IMG/VR virus record: IMGVR_UViG_3300027143_000001
Coordinates: 32,001 to 96,000 of that record
Origin: a virus
Length of the DNA: 64,000 nt
Reading direction: 5' to 3' (one strand)
Position numbers and translations under genes: made by a program
Part shown: in pieces, positions 11,201 through 23,200 of the stretch
Layout of the letters: every line of letters begins with the position of its first letter
Numbering within the stretch: the first letter of the stretch is position 1
The notes under the pieces: model-generated
What the model was told of the DNA's origin: nothing
The model's input: only the letters and a program-made list of their open reading frames with translations
Databases searched by the model: none

Positions 11201-11245
11201 AAGGGATTTCCATGCGGGGTCGTTAGGGTTTGGGCAAGAGCTCAT
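5207..11245 (-). CDS. Giant virion cargo/ejection protein with N-terminal PD-(D/E)XK nuclease-like domain (2012 aa)
   Basis: LPEITV...GRLDMLLIDSDGNVEIFDFKT...LQLKTY at ~10270-10590; long helical body; C-terminal hydrophobic helix followed by an acidic run; lies directly downstream of the vRNAP gene as in crAss-like phages. Confidence 0.7.
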   Translation of the reverse strand: MSSCPNPNDPAWKSLVAALGSEGDALAVYKMNNFEVPDVATAHKLLQSLPTQEKDEQISLSSDEFKLIRAKQQEKHLENMMLRGTDAQNAQLQTLINMNRSYQRFLEDNIDKAARGEQTVKTVSVSNLLGSADFKGDPSKYEEFKEFGIFMHEVIELAQQDALSTGRNISQVLTRDFFEKRYEKFYVEGKKKEVKDFPKDMMFNLATRIAIQVTAKADENYMILPEITVTGMTKSGSMVIGRLDMLLIDSDGNVEIFDFKTKKVSGTTVTDPVTGETYMDKAAVMLHLAHKNMKVDGKAGTLRLLKKQYRTAYDTWTLQLKTYENILAQHGINTIKSQIVALLYETDQDSGSYRAANLHIFNKDNYYDYARGVLQPGTNYELETKLSTSDQRIADMRRIIDEEVPYPGSAKTEEAKKKANIFDFEPSKAGMERLMAALKNAVKRELDDIIKQIADLEKSENKDPERRKVLADRRETLRSFDDILARQDASASVNFSLVLDYLQNDLIQLEESSDVAIAGLKNATNQKEKNRHKSQIGMVYNKSRGMWSVIMALKEIVDEGRRNPANKEKLGLDSEISKKLQSMELANARIEGNFSEAGLENLVEIAKMMGEKTFEGVKRQSEESLIPKINALKAKLAKLQKGEFAGVMPWLKNTTLSFLSKEYKEKIAEKLGANGNSLVGEMTSLEIQIKNLEQYLETGVSFDDADLRKFIEGVTDPNSDFHMASKDIFNNSAFAGLGNIVSGGELIAGVSDSNMIVSAYVQMFKRAQANAQREAMRNMVNLDFDNARDELLKSMSIGDLNKLVSEWRTVQWVDSKSGKTIEKRVLNFTKPMSEAYEQTYRAYSTNMREMNKQVYDANRNYIASFSVYSKAAKALAADPTNTKLEKEMREKERDMKTLEKTYLDKKREREKEVDNYMTWLQKNASLPYVDSYYKLQQLLPQDIRDEMQKKYLEIQVIMHQVGARNEVLLEESDLDRVKEINVEIKKLKAEAKKRNPDYARYMQEFDKLFEFIPNEGLFKRMYDNAFNRYADDPDMWAKWLKENTINRPKAEWYEKMAELYEARAAIFGTDDRIQKLMEEKRSIMRPHKDAAGRFNPKYMQAEEIEELDRIEGEIQDIIAERQEDKTAPKLTQDEKQELSAINATLEMLSMRQLSKYYTELFDDKYRMLDSAYRNMINAENDLATARAKGDPDVIKKAQKDLRFYTVQFDVVETDFEQWYNMNHYQPYQSIAKGYDVRGNVTPKTFNEEVVVNPSVYDQYMDTELPHPKYSIKRIRESAKNPAFLQSPDGIPMPKGITVDANGHYQIMPGYENSPNINDNYKKLMADPKVMTFYNKMMDMFFELQKKVEGRKVGYMVPGYAASLIENLAEEGIMGGLKKEWSKFVDKSVRAVGEQERVSNVYGDLGGRIRMRFTEQLDPNIQTQDAIGAMIKYVLEANFNIAMQDAVPMADNAITYLEMMSGRLKREIEAGATYVTDPVTGERKPVDMSVRQRELDKIIDQLKFERKKFAYGQEENEDSKARVLRKRLKQVMAYTAFIRMGFDVANQMKNYISGNVQTWIAAGNFKSDHFSQGDFMWAKGKIYGYDGFLANYFKDWGKVSDLTESTMLYRMINPLQKDYTKYVSDVTGGSTRRVMGKVMNIQEMGNMIQDKGDTEIGLTVMYAVMNKYRFKKIASFDASGKAVYEKDAEGNDVLVPAHEAYYKDSSGMLTRNPMVEYSEEDENRLRNIIYSEIRRAQGNYAQSDQAKFEQTVLGKLMFFYRKYLIPQVLNRFGYLRPNWEAGEVAVGYWRAVSMAWQYYGPANTLKHLVLGDKLARKFGSNMDLIDVMDKDTGQTSERQGDFYSRKIAQARRDMIMMAIMSMLSMAAMSYLRRKDDDDEEISMLEGNMLRVLWGVKGETTSMFPLGGGSDEYIRNFTSLTVYTRELNAIKRFGSHGLNYIMAMMYNGGEEPDPEYDGDVAYQIWKDAFYTRKAGRFEEGDAKIVKDIEDLTGIRNFRDFFDPEDRVQQMKKNQ

Positions 11246-11248
11246 AGG

Positions 11249-14200
11249 TTAGAGACAGGTAATATCTTCAATTATATCTTCAGTGAATTTCACGCCACGC
11301 GTCTTATCAACATATCGTTTTGCTTCCTCAGCAAATTTGTCAAACGGCATACGTTGGCTACTATTCTGGTACAAATATCGTAAAGCTTTGTCCGTCATGT
11401 TCAGGTCAACCAAATCTTTTTCAAGTGAGGCTTCCAGATTTCCATCTTCATCCTCAAACATGTCAGGCTGTAAGTCTTGCTGTTGCTGGGTTTGCGCAGG
11501 TTGTGCAACAAGAGCCATAATCGCCTTGCGGTTACCATCATTCTCTGCCCAGTTCATTTGTTTGAACGTTGCCATAGAGATGATGTTTCCTTTTGGTGTG
11601 ACCATGTACTGCTTGTCATTATACGTTACAATCTTTGCAGTCTGCGGTTGTGCGGTAAGGTTACGCTCTGCTACGGACACTTTAGAACCAGCTCCTTCTT
11701 TCGTTGGATTATAGATCTGTATGGTTCCGTTAGCGTTGATCTTTGTCACAATATAGACAGCATCATTAAACTTGACGTAGCGTCCAGGCTCGATGGTAAG
11801 TGTTGTTTCTTCAGCTTCTTCTACGGGCGCTTGCTCTTCAGTTTTCTCAGCTGGCTTTTGAGCAGGCTCACTAACTGTGATACCGCGTTTCTTCGCCAGG
11901 ATTCTAGCAGCCATACCCAGGTCACCAGAAATACCAGCACCCTCCGTCTCATCGACTTCTTCTTGTTCATCATTAGTTTCAATAACTTCTTCTTTTTCAG
12001 GAGTAGCTCTCAAGGTTTGTGTTGCTCTAAAATCTGTAGGGATGTAGTTTTCAAAATCATCATAGCTTACTTCCTCTACTTTCTCTACGCTCATCTCAGC
12101 AAATCTGTTGATCTCATCTGCATCAAAACCAAGTGGAGAGATGTTATTGCTCATCAGATTACCAGGTACAAGCGTGTAACGCGCAGTATCTCCAACCGTG
12201 TTGAAACCACCTTTCTTACCAGAAAGCGTGTCATACACACTCTGACCGATGGTGTTGCTTGTATCACTTCCTGCTCCCTGTAGCATGTATACAGAACCAT
12301 CCTGGAACTTAATCACCATGGGAAACATCCAGTTGTTCTCATCTCCCGGAGTAATGCCATAAGACATGGCAATACGCTGGATAGCAACATTGTTCAATCC
12401 ATAGATACCAAGTTTTTCACTAGACAAATCTAATATAAACTCAGGGCCCAGTTCTTTTTCACCCAATGGAAGTACGGTGTTACCACGCTGGCTGGTAGGT
12501 ACAATCTCACCGGCTTTACCAAACATGGCGTTCACCACATTGGTAACGGCTGCACGTTTCTCATCATCGCTCATGTCTACAGAAACCGGTAGGGTCTGCA
12601 TCAGGCGTTTGTTACCGCTGACGTTCAGGTTGTATCGGGTCTTGATGCGGGTGTTGTTGGGTTCTTTGATTGCGTTGTACACCATGTTGGTAAACAGCAT
12701 ATCAAAAGCATCATACACCGCGTCGTTGTCTGTTGCTCCAAAGTATTTCTGGATCATAGACTGGAACGCCTCTGGATCGTTGTGCGTGGTTTTCAGGGTG
12801 TCAACAAACATATCAATGTTGTTGCTTAGTTCTTTTCTGAATACGCGTGGCAGGAAGTTGTAGAACATGTTCTTCTTGTGCCCCATGCCTGCACGTGCAA
12901 GCTCATGGTAGAACAGTTTCTTTAGGAACAACTTACCTTCCTGGTCATTCATCAAACTCAATGCGTCATTGTATACGCCACTGGCCTCGTCGCTTTTCAG
13001 CTTTACCGTGTTGATCATCTTTATGAAACGCATAGGCAACTGCTCGTCACCCACCTGTGCAAGCTCAGATTCTACCACCTCTTCTTTAAGGAAGTTGAGG
13101 AACTTGTTGTTGGGGTACTTGGTCTGGAAGCTGCGAAGCTCCTCACCCAGCGTGTTTGTAAACCAGAACTCTGCGGTAAACGTATCTTGCAACGCTTTGT
13201 CTTCACGATCAATCAAACTCTGGATGTACTTATCACTTGACTTTCTGCTACCTGGTAACGTATCTCTCAAACGCTTGATAGCCACATAACCTACAATCGT
13301 CTTAGCAATCTGACTCTTGTCGTTGAACAACTCTTTAAACACGCGGTTGATCTCGCGGAAGAATGGTCCACGCTCCAGGAACAGGTTGGATGACTGTTGA
13401 TCCAGGTCGTTTGCCATCCTGTACAGCTGATTCCACACCTGATCGTTAATCATAGGTGCCATAGACTCTTCTGTAAAGATGCTCTCTGCCGTCATCATGG
13501 ATGACATGTTTTTGTAAATTGTATCAAAACTTGCAAAGTCAGGGTTAAGTGACTTGAGCATGTTGATCATGGAGCCTGCCGTTGAAATATCAAATGACTG
13601 AGCGGCTTGTTGTTCATACATAAACAACAGCACAAACTTCTTTGCTTCTTCTGACAAAACAGCTTTGCTCTTTAGTGCAGAAACATTGAATCCGATTTCG
13701 CCAATGCTGAGCTCATTATTCATCATGCGCTCGTCGTTGAGCATCTCACCACGATCTTTTGGTGTGGTAAACTCGATGACCAACTGGCTCTTGTTGAGCA
13801 TAGGCTCAAACATGGTAGAGTTTTCGTTCAATAAACCTGCCTCTTCCAGCTCCTGGTACACCTCTTCTGTCAATACAGCACTGGCTGCTTTTCTCACTTC
13901 TGAGGACAGTGATGCAAATTGCTGGTTGGTAGTAGAACGTAACGCGCGCTGTGTAGCAATTACATTTGCAGTTGCCTTGGCTATCTCAGGGATAAAGTTA
14001 AACCCAATGGCAAACTCAGGACGCAGACCCACACCGATCATGGCTAGGGTGACACCTGTGTTCACGTCGTTCATCTTCAGCGCAGATGGAATAGGCTCCT
14101 TAACACCATCAGCAAACATACCTAGTACGTTTCCTATCAGTGCAATTACACGCTGGTTCTCACCATTGATACTACCAAACTTGTTCAGACGATTCCAGTT

Positions 14201-17200
14201 CTTTCCGTCTGCTGTGGCATGGAACTGCCATACAGGCTTAGCCAACTCCAGCTGATACCAGCTAGCCATTGCCAAAAACTTGTTCATGTTGGCAGTGATA
14301 CCGATACCGTCCTTGAAGATACCATTGTCCGCCTTGGAGCGAATGATAGAACTGATGGTATAGTGGTTGGTCTTAAGACCTGAACGTTTCAGGTCAATGC
14401 CAAATTCTTTAGCAAGCTGTTTGAAACGATCCACGCTGGAACGCTCACGCTTGTACAGGTAGTTAAAGATATACTCGTTACCCAACATTGCCTGGCGTGC
14501 ATTCAGGTTCTGGTTCTGAAACTTATCCGCCACCAGGTCTTTCATGAACTCATGCTTCTCAAAAGCTTCAATGCTGATTGGGATATCAAACTTGCTAAAC
14601 ACATCAAACATGGCTTTTATCTTAGCAGCGCTGTACATAAACTTCTCTGCTGTAGATGCAGCCTCCCAAGACTCTTCCTGTAACGGACGGATGTTCTTGA
14701 TGGTGTCAAACAACTGTTGCTTTACGCCACGGATTTCTTCAATGGCTTTTCTGCGTCGCTCCTTGATATCCTTTATGCTGTTAGCACGCTTCTTGCCTTT
14801 CATCTTGGTCTCACCCAGCGCAATCTGATCTTTCAGATCATCCAGGTAATTTCCCAATTCATCACGCTGCTCAGAAAGTGCGTCAATATCTGATTGCATT
14901 TCATCCAGGCGTGCGCGAATCTGACCAAGGTTGACTGTTTTTACAAAGTCATCCTCAGTAAATCCAAGCATCTCCATGTAGCGGAAGATCTCTGAATCTG
15001 AGTCCATGTCAAATGAACCCTCTTCCATGATCTCACGCATGCGGTTAGCAATCAAATCACTAAACTCTTCTTTCTTGCTCATGAAGTGCATGAACTCTAC
15101 AAATTGTCCCTCACGTTCGTTACGGTAATTCTTGTAGTCTCCATACTTTACAAACTTGCCCATCATATTCTTGTAGTAAGAATACGCCTGTGCATACAAA
15201 GTGTCCACGTCAAAGTCAGAACCTGCTAGCAAGTGCACCATGTAAGGCACTACAATACCATTCAGGTTAGATGAGTCCATGTAGTCTACAGCTTTGAGGA
15301 TTACCATAGAACGCTTGTCCTCCGTAGGGATACGGGTAGCAAACATGCGGGTCAACTCCTGCTCAAAGAACTCTTTGAACTCAGGGTTGTCGCGGAATGG
15401 TTCTGGCAGAATACACTCTACCATGTAGATAGTACGACCGGTAGGATTACCGTCTTTGTCTAACTCTGCTTCCTGGGTTACGCCCAGTTTGCGGGTACCT
15501 ACATTGGTATACAGTTTTGGGTTCTTAGCATAGTCCGCAGTCTTGATCACCTTGCCGGTGGTCTTATCATAGAGTACGTCGTATCCAAACTGGCTGATGT
15601 GGATGTATTTACCTCCTGCTCCTTTCTCGTCAGTGACGTGCTTGGAATATTGAGAGAAGAAATAGTACTCCAGCATGCTGCGGATCTCCGGCATGTTGGG
15701 GCTATACAATGGTTTACCTGAAGCATCCAGTTCAAAGAGCTCCAGCATTTGCTGAGGCGCACCTTGTACAGACAAGTTCTCACGGATCATATCGTAGATC
15801 TTGCTGATCTTAAAGTTACCCGCTTCTACAATGTCGTTTACAATGCTCTCCGCCTGTTCTGCAATCTCTTTAGATACGCTGCTGTCATTGTTTAATGCGT
15901 CCAGTATCAAACGCGCATTTTGCTTATGGCGTTCTGTAACTGCTTTCTTACCCTTGAAGTCATTGATGACCACTGCCAGTTGACTGATCTGTGCTGCTGC
16001 ATCTGCAGATACATTCTCTGCTGCTGCGTTCTTAGAAAGTTCTTTCTGGCGGGCCGATGCATCTGAAGGCACCATGCCTCTCATAACATTAGTCAGGTAC
16101 AACAAGCGTGAACGTGTTGCGTCACGCAGCGAATCTTCATAGTCTTTTACAAGTCTCTCAGACAAATCGTCCAGGAACTTACGCTCTTTAGCATCCAACT
16201 TGCGATTGTCTGCAATCTCAATGAGGTCAGCCAGCATGTTAATGTCAGCTGGCAACAGCATCTTGGCTTGTACGGAAAGCTTGGCTTTATCTTTTACTCC
16301 TGAGGTTTCCACCTGCAGGAACTTAAATCGGTTGTCTACCTCCACCGCAATGAAATCAAGGTTCATGTAACCTTCTTTCTGTGGTGCAGTAAATACGCTG
16401 ATTGGCAACTTGGTTGTGTTCTTAGACGCCTCGTTATCCATCAACTGGTCAATCTGGAAGTACTCCATGGCATTGAGCATATCGTGCGCCATCTTACGGT
16501 GGGGCAATGGCTCATAGAATTCATGGATCATCTTTACAGTATCCTGGATCTGTCTAAATGTGCTGGCAGCGTCTTCACCATTAAGTCGCTGTGACTGGTA
16601 TACTTTACGCAAGTCATAGACTTTACTCCACATTGTGTGTAGCACATCATATACGTCCTGCTCTGTTTCAGCAGTACCGTCAAAGTACTCATCCTTGATG
16701 CGGCTGGTATCCAGACGGTCAAACAAGTTTTCAGATTGTTTGTGGTATGCATTGCGCGCTCCTACTACTGTCTTCTTAGCATTGTTCACCACCTTCATGG
16801 CCTGCAACGTCATGATCTCAGACTCTGTCAGTTTACGGTAGTGCTTTGCAATCAACAAATCGAGCACCTTGGACGTCAGACGACCCAGTTGTTCGTGCAT
16901 ATCTATCTGGTGCATAAGCAACGATATTGACTGACCGTCAAATATCTTTTGCAACATGCCTGCATACTTGCCACCAAAATCGTTTTCACCACTTTCTTCT
17001 GCAATGGCTTTCTTGTAATCATCCATCAGGATCTGCTTTACTTCAGCAGATGGTAATGGGTCATTCACAATCTCCTGTTCTGTAAAGTAAGGTCCATACT
17101 CAGGATAATCCTCGTGTATAAATCCTTTAATAGTTTCCAGCACAGCTGCGCGGTGATAACCTTCTTTCATGTTGTCACCACTGGCCAGGTATTTCTTGGC

Positions 17201-20200
17201 ACGCTTAACCATATCCTGCGCGTTCTTTACGTTCATCGCAGGGTTGCCGTCAAACACGTCGTTGAAATGCAGGGCGTTGGTCCAGTTGTTATAGAAGTAA
17301 TCTGCCAGGATATTCTCCCAGTTCATGCGGCTTACCGGTGAACCTTTCACCACGCCGTATTGCTCCATCAAACCAACAGGTTTCTGATAACCTATTTTCA
17401 GCTTGGATGGTAACATGGTGCTGGTGATGAATTCTACTTCAGCATCACCCGCAGCATTCTTTTCTTTTTTGCGCTCAATGATGTTGTTGAACTCCAGTAC
17501 TTTCAAGTACGTTTCAAACTGCTTCTTGGCATACTCTTCCAACAATAGTGGAAGACCGCCCAAATCAATCTCTTCAAACTCCAGTCCCTCTTCTGCTGAC
17601 TCTGCAAACACATCCTGGATAGCAGGGTTGGCTGCAAAGAAATCTTCAAGCTTGTGGAACTTGTATGCTTTCAGCGGATTACCATTGGCATCGGTGAACT
17701 GCACCTTGCCATTGGAATCACGACGACCGTTAAAGTCTTTGACAATGTTGTTGGCAGTATAAGACTCGTATTCTTTTTTCAGAGCATCACGACGGGCAAA
17801 CTCCTTACGCATGCTCATATACTCCTGGCGGATAACGCCTACCAGGTCTTCTACTACAGCAAGCACAGGTTTAGCCACACCATCCATCTTCACAGTTTTC
17901 ATACCGTCCTTGTTCGCAAACTCGCGGTATAGCGCTGATACTAAAAAGTTAGTGTTGGATGACTCCAGCTGATGAAACGTGCGTCGGTAAGTTTGTATGG
18001 TTACTTTACCATCTTTGGCATTGGAGGTTTCCTCCATGCGACTCAGAAATGATGTAAAGTTCAGGATGTGTAAAGCGTATTCATCCAGGTCCTTGAACGT
18101 CTTACCGTCCAGCACCGTGTCTCCCACCTTACCCTGCACACCACCAAACATCTCTACACGCAGGTTATTCAGCATAAGCTTGACCATCTTGGTCATCTCA
18201 TCGTCCTTACCCTGCATCACGCCACCCAACAAGTGGTTGTTGGCAATATAATCTTTCAGGTATGCCTCATAGTATGGGTCTTCCTGCAACATGCCATCCA
18301 GTCCTTTCTGGCGCACGTCTTCTGCAGTAATCACCATTGGTGAGTACTTCACATACTCATAGATTGGTTTACCTTCTGCATTGTACACCACCGAGCTGAA
18401 TGCTGTTGGGTCATACTTAACCATGAACTTGGCAGACTTACGCAGGATGCTATTGAAGCTTTTTACTTCAGTAGATGCTGTGTTCTCATCGTCCAGCATG
18501 TTCTCAAACATCTTACCGGGTGCTGTCTCAGAACCTGCAGCAGCTTCCAGTATGTTCTTCAGGTTGGTGAAGAATGTTTTCTCCAGGTATTCTTTCTCGT
18601 TGGCAAACGGACGGTCAAGCTCGTACTTGGCAAGGGTGTCTTCACTCAGTTTGCTGATGGTCTTCTCATTCTCCATCTCCTGGATAGCAATCAATGAAAA
18701 GCGCAACATGGATTTAGGAATCTGCAGACCAATAGCCCACATGTTCTTGTGCAAACTGTCTACCAGGTTGTCTAGTGTTTTCTGACTCTTGTCACCGGTA
18801 AACAGCGTCTCAGAAGAATCCACTTTGCTCATCAGTTTGATGAGTGCCAGCATAGCCTTGCGGTATTCTGGATTGTCCTTCTCAGACTTCTGTGTCAGGA
18901 TCATGCGTTCAACAAGCTTGTTTTTCTTGTTGTTGATGTCCTTGTATTGTATCTTGTCTGATATGCTGAAGCGAGGCGTGGTATCCTTTTGGATATCTTC
19001 ATCGCTCATCATGTCAATATCAACTGCTTCAGTGTACTGCATGTTGAACATCACATATCCAATGCGTGTTCCGTGCAGCACGTTCAGTATCATCTTGTAC
19101 ATCTGCACATTGGCCATAGGCATAGAGCCGTTGTCCAATAATGTCAGTTTCTTAATCTCATTGTATACCGCCTCCAGGTCCATGGCTTCGTTGATAAGAC
19201 CATCGTCATACCAGCGCTCATATACCATTTTCAAAGTAGGCAGGATTTGTTGTGGCTCTTTGTTAGCAGCAATCTTTAAAAGCGTAGGGGACATCTTGCG
19301 TCCGTCTACAATCGCTGGAACCAGGATGCCATACACAGGGTGAATATAGTCCCTGCGGATGGTGCTCAAGAACTTCTTGAATTCTGCAGGAAGAGAGTCC
19401 ATGCGGTTCAACTCATTGATGGATGCTTCAAAGTCACCAGACTCAGGATTCTCCTCACGGTTCTCTGCGTTCTCATCATGTGGTTTGACCGCTGCGTTCA
19501 TTGCATCTTCCAGGTTCTGCGTATTCAATGGATTGGTAGAGCTTACGTTGAACTCATTCAAACGCTTGCGCACCAGTGCCATCAATGCGGCCATAGATTC
19601 TTCACCATAGGTGTTGGTACCGTTGTCCAATACCATGGCATCATTGGTGTCTATGCCTGTGGTATTAATATCATACACATCTGTTTGCTTACCTGCTTTG
19701 TTATCACGCAGGCGCTGACCCAGGACAAAACGCATCTGGTTATACTTAGGCAAGAACTCCTTTTTGATGTCCGCGTGGAACTTAGGATCTGCCTGGCGCA
19801 GCAACATGTCTATGTTATACACTTCATTCAGCAGCACAGTAGCTGCGTCCTGAAACTTCTCTTCAAACTTTTTCTTGGTGTTGTCTGCCAGCATTTGGCG
19901 TACAACCATGTTAACCGCTTCTTTCTCCAGGTCATCCAGCAATATAGTAGGTCCACTCATCACACGACCCGTAGGTGTAGTGACCAGCTTTCTCAGACCC
20001 TTGATTTCAAAGGCTGCCTTGCCATCATATGCTTTTCCAGAGATAATACTTTCTTTGTACTTGCCAGTAGCGATGTCACTATATGTTTGTTCAATGACGT
20101 CACGGTTGGCTTTGAACATACCAATCAGTTTCTTGAGCAATTCAAACAACTTGCCTATCAGTCCTTTAGGGGCTGTGGCACGCTTGGCACGCATATAACG

Positions 20201-23200
20201 CTGGAACCCATCAGCTAGAATCTCTTCTGCTACCAGGTCCATCATCTCCGCTTTGTTGTACACAAAGTTGCGCACACGGGCAAACTCAATCAGGTTCTCA
20301 TCTCTGAACTGCTCTGCGTATTTAGGATTGCCAATAACCTCATTCAGCAACTCCCTGCGTTGCATGTCTGTCATCAGGTAGCGGAACACACCATGAAATG
20401 CTTCATGGAATACAATCCCTTTGCTCAGCATGGCTGCGTTGAGGTGCAATACGCGATCCTTAAACATACCCAACACTGTACCATCAATACGCATCAGGTC
20501 TGCAATGCTTTGCATGTCAGAAACCTCGATACCAAACTGACCCAATGCTTCCTTGAACCATGCAATCTCGCTCTTGATATCCTGCATGGATGCAGCTTCA
20601 TACTCGTCTGCAATCTTAAACGCCTCATCCTCCATACGGGGGATGTCAGGGAATGAACTTGGATTCTCTGCACTCTTAGCATCGCTTGCCATCATCTCAT
20701 TGACAATGCGCATTGCTTCTTCCATAGAAGGAACGTACTCTGCCACAACACCCTCCTCTTCGTGCTGGATGTCATAGCTGTCATTGATCTTCAAGATGGT
20801 GTAAGGACCCACCACCGCACTGTTGGCAGCAGGGTTGACCATGGCATCAATAGCATTAGATAACTCATCATACATCTGATTGAGGATGCTATCCAGTACA
20901 GCATTGACCACATCATCAGGTTGACCTTCCATTTGATCAGCCATCATTTCCATGCGACCCATAAAGTCGTTGTAGATCATGCTGTAGGTAGGATTGTTAA
21001 CCAGTTCCTGTTGTTGTGCGTTCAGCTCTTTAAGCGGAATACCATCTGCCAACATCTCAAATGCTTCAACAATTACATCTGCATTTACTACAGCTGCATC
21101 ATCGGTAAGCGTTGATGAGGGTTCTACAATATTCACAGGCGGTGCTGTGATAGACGTACCTTCACCAGACGGTGACGTAGGATTTACAATTACTTCTGTG
21201 GCAGGTGCTGTTGCAGTACTTGCCTTGGAGGTGATCAGGGTTTCTGCACGGTTGGAGTGCTTAACCGTAAAACGTTTAGCATTGCGATAGAACGATGGGG
21301 TGCCCGCTTCTTTTTTACGGTTCAGTCCCACGTGCGGCCACTTGTTACCTTCATTGTCTTTGTCTACTACCAGGTACTCCAGGTTAAACCCTTCGTTAGG
21401 GAATGTATAGGTACTGCGCAATGCAGCTTCTACCTCAGGGTGTTCACCCATTCTCTCTTGCAGCGGCTTAATCACCAAGTCAATCAGGAATTGTGCAAAC
21501 TTCTCACGGGTATCATTAAGATATTGTACAAGCTCTTGTGCAGATTCAGTCAGACTGTTGCTTTCTTCCATTACGCTTAGTGCACTGTAGAATGCCATAC
21601 GACCTTCTGCGGTACTAAGGTCATAGGATTTTAGTGATGGATTGTCAGCAATCGCTGCTTTAACCATCTTACCGTTAGGACCTAACTCATCTGCAAGACT
21701 AACCAGTCTGGCTTTGAATGCTTCTGAAAATGGAAACTGGAACGCGCTGCGATCCTGTAACATGACTCTCAGTGGACTGGTACTTGTTTTATCTTTAGGT
21801 ACAAGCTCAAACTTAAGCTTACCATTAAAGTATTCCAGGTTTAGGTAGAACGGTCCGCGTGCACCACTAAAACGGTACATAGCGTTAAACGCCTGGGCAG
21901 CTTTAGTGGGCTGTCCTTTACCAGTACGTTCCTTAGTGCTGACCATCTCTGACACCATGTTGATGAAATCCACAAACCCTTCATTTGTTTGCATGGGTTT
22001 CTGGTCTTCTAGTGTCAGGTAGCTGGAGGGTTGTCCGTCTTTGAAGCGTACTACAATCAGCGTATTCTTCTGGCTGTATTTGTTATCGCTAAATAATTCT
22101 TCTTTGATGAATGCATCAACATCTGTGATTCCCAGCTCATACTCAAAGTATTCAGCCTCATTGTATAAAGAGTCTCCAACCTTGATGCGCTCATTGGCAG
22201 CCAATACAGAGTTAGGCATAAAGAATGATGTCTCACGGTTACCAGTGCGATAAAATACAAAAGGCACTTTACGCTTGGTGGTGCTGATCACGTTCTCATC
22301 ATCGTCAATGGTAGCCACTTCCAGCTCCAGGCTCAGTGATGAATCCACGTTCATGAATTCCTCCAGGCTTGGGTTTTCCCTGGTGCGGCCTTGAGACATG
22401 TCAAAGCTCTCAAAGAACTCCTCTGTGAAATCCACAGAGTTTACGCCTTTGGAGAACATGTCATCCAGCATGTCAGCATGCTTTGCCTTAAACTGTTGCA
22501 ACTGGTTATAAGATTGCATCAGTGTAGACATGTCAGACTCGGTCAACTCCACCGGTCCCGCAGATCCGTTTAACAACGCCAGGCGCTGGAACTTCTCACG
22601 GTGTGCCGCATTATTGAAATCTACTTTCTCAGTAGTGTTGTTGTCGTATACAAATACGTAGTTGTCCAGAGTCCACAGGTTGAACAGGATGTTCTTTCCG
22701 TCTTCCATGGTGATCTCCCCTATCAGCTGAAACTTTTGCTCCTCCTGGCTAGGACGTGCCACAGACAATACCACACCACCTGGTGTGTTCTTCAGGAAGT
22801 TGATCTGTCCGGTGCTCTCAAATGTTTCATGCTTGCGATTGGCCAGTCCTGCCATCTCTGGATTTGATGCAGCCAGTTCCTGGATACGCTCCATACGGGC
22901 AGCAGCAATGCCTGGTCTTACCGCGTGGATTTTCACACGGCTCATGGGATTCTCCATGGCAGCCAGTTCATTTTTCAATCGCTCTCTGTCTTCTTCAAAC
23001 GCTGCCTGGATCTTCATCGCAGAGTGCAACATGGTTACAGGTACGCGCTCCTCTGAGGAATTACTCTCAAATGGTGCAGGTCTACCTGCTTTGTAGTTGC
23101 GGATGTCTTCTTTGCTTAACGCCACGGTCTCCCCTGTCTCGTCTATCATATACAGGATGCCGTCCTGGATGAATCCTTCTACCAGCTCGCGGTTGTTCAA

